A DNA stretch of 64,000 bases, from NCBI GenBank assembly GCA_044225365.1, contig JBGAIQ010000011.1, positions 64,001 through 128,000 on the forward strand, in the 5' to 3' direction. Below, one piece after another: positions 57,545-64,000 of this stretch (positions within the stretch are counted from its first letter, which is position 1; the number at the start of each line of letters is the position of its first letter). The notes beneath the pieces were generated by a model. The model did no database searches and was not told where the DNA came from. It saw nothing but the letters and a program-made list of their open reading frames with translations. The position numbers were made by a program, and so were the translations under genes. The DNA comes from Planctomycetota bacterium. Its GTDB lineage: Bacteria; Planctomycetota; B15-G4; JADJEK01.

Positions 57545-58849
57545 GTGACGGAGCCTCGCACGATCTCGTACGATCCATCGCCGTCGAGGCGGATCGAGCA
57601 TGTGTTCCGACATCAGTACGGTCAGGTAGTCGCCGCGCTCCTGAGGAGCTTCGGCCCGTCGCGGCTCGCGCTCGTCGAGGATGTCGTTCAGGAAGCCCTG
57701 GTCCAAGCGCTACGCACTTGGCCGTTCCAGGGCATTCCGAAACACCCGGACTCCTGGCTCATCCAGGTCGCTCGGAATCGCGCGCTCGATGTCGTTCGCC
57801 GCGAACGGCTTGGGGACAGGAAGCTCCTCGAACTCGCCACGTGGGGAGCGGTCAGCCGCGATGAGGACGCCGTCAAGCCTTCGGAGACGGGCCTCATCGC
57901 GGACGACACATTGAGACTCATCTTCATGTCGTGCCATCCGCAGCTCGCTCCGGAAGTCCGAATTGCTCTGACGCTGAAGATCGTCTGTGGATTCGGAGTT
58001 GCCGAGGTAGCGCGGGCTCTCCTCGCGAAGGAGACCGCAATCTCGCAACGCCTCGTTCGCGCGAAGTCCTGGCTCGCAGAGCACGACGTCCCTTTCGACG
58101 TACCCTCACCGACAGCGTTTCCGGACCGCCTCGATTCGGTGCTCGAGGTCCTCTACCTGATGTTCAATGAGGGCTACTCGACTCATCACGGTCAGACTCT
58201 CGTTCGAGTCGAGCTCGTCGAAGAGGCGCTGAGACTCGTCGACCTCGCGCTCGAACATCCGGATCTGCAACGCCCGAAAGTTCACGCGCTGCGCGCGATC
58301 TTCCTGCTCCAGGGCTCGCGACTCGCCGCACGGCAAGCCGACGGGGGCGAGTTGCTCACGCTCGCGAATCAAGATCGCTCGCTCTGGAATCGCAGTTGGA
58401 TCGCCGCGGGACTCACCGAGTTCGATCGCTCGATCGTCGGTGACGAGTTGTCGCCGTTCCATGTCGAAGCGGCGATTGCGGCCCTGCATGCCAGCGCCCG
58501 TACTTACGCCGATACGGACTGGAGAGCGATCCTCCTCCACTACGACACTCTGCAGCGTCTCGTCGATTCGCCGATCGTGACGCTCAACCGCGCGGTGGCA
58601 GTAGCGAAAGTCCGTGGATTCGCCGCGGCTCTTCGAGAACTCGACTCGATTTCCAATCGGCCCCAGCTTGCGCGTTATCACCTCTTCGCCGCGGTGCGCG
58701 GGCTCCTTCTATGGACGATCGGAGATCCCGAGGCGGCGGCCGTGGAGTTCGAGAGAGCCGCGAACGAGGCGGGGGCCGAACCGGAACGCACGTTCCTCGA
58801 GCGGCGCGCCGAACTCTGCCGGAGCGGAGCGCCGCCCCCGGAATTCTGA
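57545..58849 (+). CDS. ECF sigma factor with C-terminal TPR-like extension (ECF42-like)
   Basis: EDVVQEALVQALRTWP, DDTLRLIFMSCHPQL, QRLVRAK, YLMFNEGY, QDRSLWN, TDWRAILLHY and LNRAVA motifs. Follows a DGPF gene. Confidence 0.9.
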   Translation: MTEPRTISYDPSPSRRIEHVFRHQYGQVVAALLRSFGPSRLALVEDVVQEALVQALRTWPFQGIPKHPDSWLIQVARNRALDVVRRERLGDRKLLELATWGAVSRDEDAVKPSETGLIADDTLRLIFMSCHPQLAPEVRIALTLKIVCGFGVAEVARALLAKETAISQRLVRAKSWLAEHDVPFDVPSPTAFPDRLDSVLEVLYLMFNEGYSTHHGQTLVRVELVEEALRLVDLALEHPDLQRPKVHALRAIFLLQGSRLAARQADGGELLTLANQDRSLWNRSWIAAGLTEFDRSIVGDELSPFHVEAAIAALHASARTYADTDWRAILLHYDTLQRLVDSPIVTLNRAVAVAKVRGFAAALRELDSISNRPQLARYHLFAAVRGLLLWTIGDPEAAAVEFERAANEAGAEPERTFLERRAELCRSGAPPPEF

Positions 58850-58855
58850 AACGAC

Positions 58856-58882
58856 TGTCGAATCGACGAGTCGCCAATCGTC
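58856..58882 (+). promoter_or_regulatory. Second putative ECF42-type promoter TGTCGA-N17-CGTC
   Basis: TGTCGA at 58856-58861 and CGTC at 58879-58882, upstream of the VOC gene. Confidence 0.68.
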
Positions 58883-58923
58883 CTCGACGAGCCGCCCAAT
58901 CACCCCTCGATTAGGATCCCTCC

Positions 58924-59391
58924 GTGTTGCGAAAAACCATGTTGTTCACCGGCGTCGCATTGCTCGTTCCGTTCCTGGTTCTCGCGTCCGACGGCAAGAA
59001 AGACGAGAAGCCTCCCATGCGATGGGAGGGCAGTTTGATCGTCTCCCTCGAGGTCAAGGATCTAGCGGCGGCGAAGAAGTGGTATGCCGAGACCCTCGGC
59101 GCGACGGTTCATTACGAGCTCGCGGAACAGGGTTGGTGCGAGATGACGACGCCCGTCGCAAACACTCTGATCGGGTTGTCTCAGATGGCGGCCGGCGCCA
59201 AGGCGCGCGGGCGAGGTGCGGTCACCGTGATCTTCGGTGTCACCAACATCGAGGACTCGCGCGCCTTCCTGGTGAAGCGGGGTGTGAAGGTCGCCGAGAT
59301 CTACGAAATCCCGCAGGTCGTCAAACTGCTCGCGTTCGAGGATCCGGACGGAAATCTGCTCGAGTTCCACCAACCGTATGTTGCCAAGTGA
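58924..59391 (+). CDS. VOC (glyoxalase/bleomycin-resistance) family protein with signal peptide
   Basis: VKDLAAAKKWYAETLG, FGVTNIE and FEDPDGNLLEF motifs. N-terminal hydrophobic signal. Start may be ATG 58939. Confidence 0.85.
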   Translation: MLRKTMLFTGVALLVPFLVLASDGKKDEKPPMRWEGSLIVSLEVKDLAAAKKWYAETLGATVHYELAEQGWCEMTTPVANTLIGLSQMAAGAKARGRGAVTVIFGVTNIEDSRAFLVKRGVKVAEIYEIPQVVKLLAFEDPDGNLLEFHQPYVAK

Positions 59392-59439
59392 CGCTTCCGC
59401 AGCGGAGTCCCTAAAGGGTAGATGATCCCGGTGATCCCG

Positions 59440-59601
59440 TGGATGGACCGACGATCGCAGCAAGCGATTCGCGGTTCGAACGGAGCCCGGGAAGACCTAC
59501 TCCCGAAACGCGCCCCGGGCCCTACTGGTGGAAAGCGTGCTGTGGCACCCCCGCGTCGAGATCTTCGAGGCAGACCCGAACCCGAGACGACGGAGCATCC
59601 A
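59440..59601 (+). ncRNA. Candidate structured ncRNA, 6S RNA-like
   Basis: Intergenic. Ends pair (TGGATGGACCG with CGGAGCATCCA). Internal GGAGCC...GGCACCC pairing recalls the 6S motif. Followed by a hairpin with a T-tract. Strand and identity unconfirmed. Confidence 0.4.
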
Positions 59602-59611
59602 ATCGCGTTCG

Positions 59612-59650
59612 AAAACGGCGGTCACGGACCGCGTCCGCCGCCGCCGTTTT
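59612..59650. terminator. Bidirectional hairpin (REP-related) between convergent units
   Basis: AAAACGGCGG...CCGCCGTTTT 10-bp outer stem with inner CGGAC-CGC-GTCCG stem. Overlaps the L,D-transpeptidase stop. Confidence 0.7.
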
Positions 59651-60551
59651 AGTAGATCCGGACGCGCGTCCCGACTCGCGCGACGTTGAAGACGCGGTCG
59701 ATGTCCTCGGCGAGCAGTCGGATGCAGCCGTGCGAGACGGGTTTCCCGATCCAGTTCTTCGGCGGCGATCCGCTGTAGCCGTGGATTCCGACGCCGCCCT
59801 GGCCGAGTAGCTTCTTGTCGAGCCCGAGCCAGTAGCCGCCGAGCACGTTCTTCTTGTCGTTCGGGCCGTAGACCTTCTTCGTCTTCGGGTCGCGCCAGGA
59901 AGGATGACGCACTCGCACCGCGATCCGAGTCGAGCCGGTCGGGGTCGGTGAGGCATGCGATCCACATGCGATCGGGAAATAACCCATGAGCACGTGCTGC
60001 GTCGTCGCCATCTCGGCCGGATCATGGGGCTCGTCGAACGTCTCGCCCGGAACACGCACGGAGATCCAGAGCGCGAGCCGGAAGTGCTTGCGATCGACGA
60101 CGATCCTCAAGCTGCCGTTGCTGAGATCGACCACCTTCAGTCGCTTGCCCGCTCCGACTCGCCGGGGATCGAGCTGCGGATTGAGCGCGAGCAGCATCTC
60201 CGGGGCGATGCGATATCGACTCGCGATCCCGGACGGCAATTGCCCCGCCTTCACTTTGTGACGCAGGATGCCGAGCCGCTCCATCCCCGGGATCACTTCG
60301 CCCGAGAAGAACGCCCGCTTCACGAAGGGTTGCAACCGCGCCGCGATCGCATGCCCCTCGTCCGTGGGTCGCTCGGAGATCGCTCGACTCGCCTCGAGGA
60401 TCAGCGGCACGATCGCGGCGGGATCGCTCTTGGCGTCGGCGAATCGCTCGTCGAGCGAGATCGACGGAGCCGCGACCGCCACTCCCCCGCATGCAAGCAG
60501 CGAGACGAGCCACAACACGATCGACTTCGAGAGATCCCAACCGGGCGCCAT
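59649..60551 (-). CDS. L,D-transpeptidase (YkuD) with LysM domain
   Basis: Signal peptide. LysM-like HKVKAGQLPSGIASRY...LNPQLDPRRVGAGKRL. GIHG...SHGCIRL catalytic motif. Start approximate. Confidence 0.9.
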   Translation of the reverse strand: MAPGWDLSKSIVLWLVSLLACGGVAVAAPSISLDERFADAKSDPAAIVPLILEASRAISERPTDEGHAIAARLQPFVKRAFFSGEVIPGMERLGILRHKVKAGQLPSGIASRYRIAPEMLLALNPQLDPRRVGAGKRLKVVDLSNGSLRIVVDRKHFRLALWISVRVPGETFDEPHDPAEMATTQHVLMGYFPIACGSHASPTPTGSTRIAVRVRHPSWRDPKTKKVYGPNDKKNVLGGYWLGLDKKLLGQGGVGIHGYSGSPPKNWIGKPVSHGCIRLLAEDIDRVFNVARVGTRVRIY

Positions 60552-60678
60552 GCCGCTCGCGATCGTCGCACAGCCCCACCCAAGCTGCAAGCGAACGTCG
60601 CGGAATCCGCCATCCCGTCCTCTCGCCGTCGTTTGATAGATTGGATCCTCGCGACCATGAATGCCCGGAGTGAGCCTC

Positions 60679-62010
60679 ATGAAGACCTCGTTCGACCGCG
60701 CCACCCTTGATCGGCTGTATCGCGACCACATCGCTTCGCTCACCAGGTCGTACGCGAACGCCCTCGCGGGCACGGGCTACGACGGAGTCGTCATCCACTC
60801 CGGAACACCCGCGAAGCGAAGCATCTTCGACGACCAGTTCTGGCCGCAGCGCGCCGTGCCGCACTTCCAGCATTGGCTGCCCCTCGTGACCCCGCATTCC
60901 GCGCTCGTGATCGAAGCGGGCAAGAAACCGCTCTTCGTCTACTTCAACATCGTCGACTTCTGGGAGCAGCCCCCGCAGCCCGAGAGCGACCACTTCTGGT
61001 CGTCGTTCGACGTGAAGGAAGTGAACGACCTCGCGAAGATGAAGGACGCGCTTCCCAAGGGCAAGAAGCTCGCGTTCATCGGCGAGGATCGCGCCGACGC
61101 CGCAACGTTCGGATTCGCCGACGCCGACATCACACCCGAAAAGGTCGTCGCGAAGCTCGACCAGCTCCGCATCCACAAGACGGCCTACGAAGAACTCTGC
61201 CTGCGCGAGGCCAACCTCCGCGCGGCCGCAGGTCACAAGAAAGTCGCCGAAGCCTTCATGAAGGGCGAGTACAGCGAACTGCAGCTCCACCTCATGTACC
61301 TCGAGGCAACGGAACTCGACGACCCCGAAACGCCGTACAAGAACATCGTCGCCCTCGGCGAACACGCCGCGACCTTGCACCACGTCGGGTACTCGCGGCA
61401 GCCGCAGGCCGCGCAATCCCTCCTCCTCGACGCCGGAGCGCGCTGCCTCGGCTACGACAGCGACATCACGCGCACCTACGTGAAGGGCAAGGGCGCGACC
61501 GTATCCGTCTTCGCGGGGATGATCGAGAAGATGAACGCGCTACAGCTCGAGCTGTGCCGCCGCGTGAAGCTCGGCCTCCCTTACGAACAACTGCACAATC
61601 AATCCCACGAGTTGCTCGCGCCGATGCTGCGCGACCTCGGGATCGCCAAGGGCAGCGACGCCGAACTCGTCGACACCGGCGTCACGCGCAAGTTCCTCCC
61701 CCACGGCCTCGGCCACTCGCTCGGTCTGCAGACCCACGACGTCGGCTGTCGCAACACGCAACCCGAGGCGCGCAATCCGTGGCTGCGCAACACGACGAAG
61801 GTCGAGACCGGCCAGGTCTTCACGATCGAACCCGGCTGCTACTTCATCGACTCGCTCCTGAAGGAACTCGAAAGCAGCCCACAAGGTCGCATGATCGACT
61901 GGAAGCTCGTTCACGAGCTGCGCGCGTTCGGCGGCGTCCGAGTCGAGGACGACCTCGCCGTGACCACGGGCGGCTCGACGAACTTCACCCGCGAGTTCCT
62001 GCCGAAGTGA
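60679..62010 (+). CDS. pepQ: Xaa-Pro dipeptidase (prolidase)
   Basis: PHFQHWLP, YKNIVALGEHAATLH, DAGA..GYDSDITRT, PHGLGHSLGLQTHD, TIEPG and GVRVEDD motifs. Confidence 0.93.
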   Translation: MKTSFDRATLDRLYRDHIASLTRSYANALAGTGYDGVVIHSGTPAKRSIFDDQFWPQRAVPHFQHWLPLVTPHSALVIEAGKKPLFVYFNIVDFWEQPPQPESDHFWSSFDVKEVNDLAKMKDALPKGKKLAFIGEDRADAATFGFADADITPEKVVAKLDQLRIHKTAYEELCLREANLRAAAGHKKVAEAFMKGEYSELQLHLMYLEATELDDPETPYKNIVALGEHAATLHHVGYSRQPQAAQSLLLDAGARCLGYDSDITRTYVKGKGATVSVFAGMIEKMNALQLELCRRVKLGLPYEQLHNQSHELLAPMLRDLGIAKGSDAELVDTGVTRKFLPHGLGHSLGLQTHDVGCRNTQPEARNPWLRNTTKVETGQVFTIEPGCYFIDSLLKELESSPQGRMIDWKLVHELRAFGGVRVEDDLAVTTGGSTNFTREFLPK

Positions 62011-63158
62011 CGGCGTCCGCCACGGTCCACGTCCTCGCGCTCAACGTCGGAAGCTCGTCGCTCAAGTACGAACTCGCGCTCGTCACGAAGGGCCATGTCG
62101 TCGCTCGTCCGCTCTCCGGGGAGATCGCCCGCTTCGGCCCACGCGCCGAGGTGATCGAATCGAGCGCAGGCGCGGCGAACGCCCGCCTGAAAGTCCGACG
62201 GGGCAGCCTCGGGACGCTCGAAGACACCGTCGTCTTCGCGATCGATCGCGCCCGCGCGACGGCGACGGAATTGCGAAAACCGATCGATTGCGTCGCGCAT
62301 CGCATCGTCCACGGGGGAACGCGATTCACGGTTCCGACGAAACTTGGCAAACGCGAGCTCCTCCAACTCGACGAGCTGTCACCCTGCGCGCCGCTGCACC
62401 AGCCTGCCGCCCTGCGCGCAGTCCGAACCGCGATGCGCGCGCTGACGCCGCGCACTCCGCACATCGGCGTCTTCGACACGGCGTTCCACGCGACGCTGCC
62501 CGAGGCCGCCTGGCGCTACCCGATCGACAAGGCCCTCGCAGATCGACATGGCATCCGCAAGTTCGGCTTCCATGGCCTCGCCTTCGAGTCCGTGATGCGA
62601 CAGTTGCCCGACCTCATCGGCAAGCCGCGCCGGCGCATCGCCGCCGTCCTGCTCCATCTCGGCTCGGGTTGTTCCGCAGCGGCGGTGAAAAACGGCGAGT
62701 GCATCGACACCACGATGGGACTCACGCCGCTCGAAGGGCTGATGATGCGCACGCGCTGCGGCGACATCGACCCCGCCGTCCCACTGCATCTCTCGAGCGC
62801 GGCGGGACTGTCGCGAAGCGAAGTCATGAAGCTGCTCTGGCGGCGCTCCGGCCTTTCTGGGATCGCAGGCGGCGAGGGAGACATGCGGACGCTACTTACT
62901 CGCGAACGCACGGATCCGAGTGCGCGCCTCGCGCTCGAAATGTTCGTCCTGCGCGCCAAGAAGCAGCTCGGCGCGTATCTCGCGCTGCTCGGGCGCGCCG
63001 ATGCGATCGTGTTCTCCGGCGGGGTCGGCGAGCATGCGGTGACGATCCGCCATCGAATCGTGCGCGGCATCGAGACGAAAGCCCGTGTGCTCGTCGTGAA
63101 ATCGAACGAAGGCGACGTCATCGCGGTGCTTGCCGCGAATACCTTGACCCGGCGTTGA
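62007..63158 (+). CDS. ackA: Acetate/propionate kinase
   Basis: GTGA-coupled to pepQ. LALNVGSSSLK, HRIVHGG, APLHQP, VFDTAFH, KFGFHG, HLGSGCS, DTTMGLTPLEGL and GGVGE motifs. Confidence 0.92.
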   Translation: MTASATVHVLALNVGSSSLKYELALVTKGHVVARPLSGEIARFGPRAEVIESSAGAANARLKVRRGSLGTLEDTVVFAIDRARATATELRKPIDCVAHRIVHGGTRFTVPTKLGKRELLQLDELSPCAPLHQPAALRAVRTAMRALTPRTPHIGVFDTAFHATLPEAAWRYPIDKALADRHGIRKFGFHGLAFESVMRQLPDLIGKPRRRIAAVLLHLGSGCSAAAVKNGECIDTTMGLTPLEGLMMRTRCGDIDPAVPLHLSSAAGLSRSEVMKLLWRRSGLSGIAGGEGDMRTLLTRERTDPSARLALEMFVLRAKKQLGAYLALLGRADAIVFSGGVGEHAVTIRHRIVRGIETKARVLVVKSNEGDVIAVLAANTLTRR

Positions 63159-63236
63159 CGTGCGGTTTCGGATCCGACGCGAACTGGGCAAGCGATTCGC
63201 GTTGCGTCGCACCCGCACTTCGCATGGAATCGAACC

Positions 63237-64000
63237 GTGAAGAAGCCGACACTACGCAAGAAGTCCGATCCGCTCGAACTCTACCTCCGCGCCGCGGACT
63301 ACCTCGCCGCCGCGCAGATCTACCTGCAGGGGAATGAACTCCTCGAAGAGCCGCTCCAACCCGCGCACATCAAGGAGCGCCTGCTCGGGCACTTCGGAAC
63401 GGCGCCTGGCATCAATCGAATCTGCGCGCATCTCAATCGACTGATCCAGAGGACGGGAGCGCACACGCTCCTCCTCACGGGTCCGGGCCACGGCGCGGCC
63501 GCGAACTACGCGAACCTCTTCCTCGAAGGAACGCTCTCCGAATTCTTCCCCAAGATCACGCACGATCGCGCAGGCATTCGTGAACTACTGCGGCAGTTCT
63601 CCTGGCCCTACGGCTTGCCGAGTCACCTCAGTCCGAGCGTCCCTGGAGTGATCCATGAGGGCGGCGAACTCGGCTACGCACTCTCGACAGCCTTTGGCGC
63701 CGCCCTCGACGCGCCGGGCAAACTCGTGGTGTGCATCCTCGGCGACGGCGAAGCCGAGACCGGTCCGACGGCGACGGCGTGGCATGGCTCCAAGTTCATG
63801 AACCCCCGCACCGATGGTGCCGTGCTGCCGATCCTCCTGCTCAACGGCTACAAGATCGCGAACCCGTCGCTCTCGGCTTCGATGAGCGATGACGAACTCG
63901 TCGCGCTCTATCGCGGCCTCGGTTGGGATCCGCGGATCGTCGTCTACGAGCGCTTCTTCGAGCCGCAGATGGATGCCGCGCTGCTGTCGGCTCACACGCG
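63237..64000 (+). CDS. xfp: Phosphoketolase (Xfp), N-terminal part (runs off window end)
   Basis: Manual translation from GTG 63237: RAADYLAAAQIYL, KERLLGHFGT, GPGHG, HEGGELGY, GDGEAETGP and LNGYKIANP. Confidence 0.93.
   Translation, partial: MKKPTLRKKSDPLELYLRAADYLAAAQIYLQGNELLEEPLQPAHIKERLLGHFGTAPGINRICAHLNRLIQRTGAHTLLLTGPGHGAAANYANLFLEGTLSEFFPKITHDRAGIRELLRQFSWPYGLPSHLSPSVPGVIHEGGELGYALSTAFGAALDAPGKLVVCILGDGEAETGPTATAWHGSKFMNPRTDGAVLPILLLNGYKIANPSLSASMSDDELVALYRGLGWDPRIVVYERFFEPQMDAALLSAHT

Noticed and set aside
1-64000. Prophage, integrase, tRNA, rRNA or anti-phage defence genes
   Set aside because: No supporting motifs seen in any ORF or intergenic region.

Overview
GC-rich bacterial chromosomal segment, most likely Planctomycetota (inferred from the DUF1549/DUF1553 + DUF1501 pair, the ECF sigma + Ser/Thr kinase pair and large multi-domain secreted proteins). 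About 43 CDS are supportable. Housekeeping and stress genes: oxyR-ahpC-ahpD, nrdAB with tandem NrdR boxes, ggt, mdh, pepQ-ackA-phosphoketolase and an L,D-transpeptidase. The window begins with a REP-associated tyrosine transposase (RAYT) flanked by inverted tandem arrays of a GGCTGCGATCCG-core hairpin repeat. A third array of the same core lies about 33 kb away, and two other REP-like families are also present. Top candidates for new biology: (i) a translationally coupled BtaA-like (DUF3419) / heme-oxygenase-like diiron oxidase / GNAT-like operon that looks like an uncharacterised biosynthetic cassette; (ii) the RAYT tandem-array system; (iii) a pseudokinase-kinase-FGE protein with two CsgG-like lipoproteins; (iv) an ECF42-type regulon with two matching TGTCGA-N17-CGTC promoters; (v) a 6S-like structured ncRNA candidate. 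No CRISPR array, tRNA or rRNA was seen. All family calls come from motifs recognised by eye, not from database searches.
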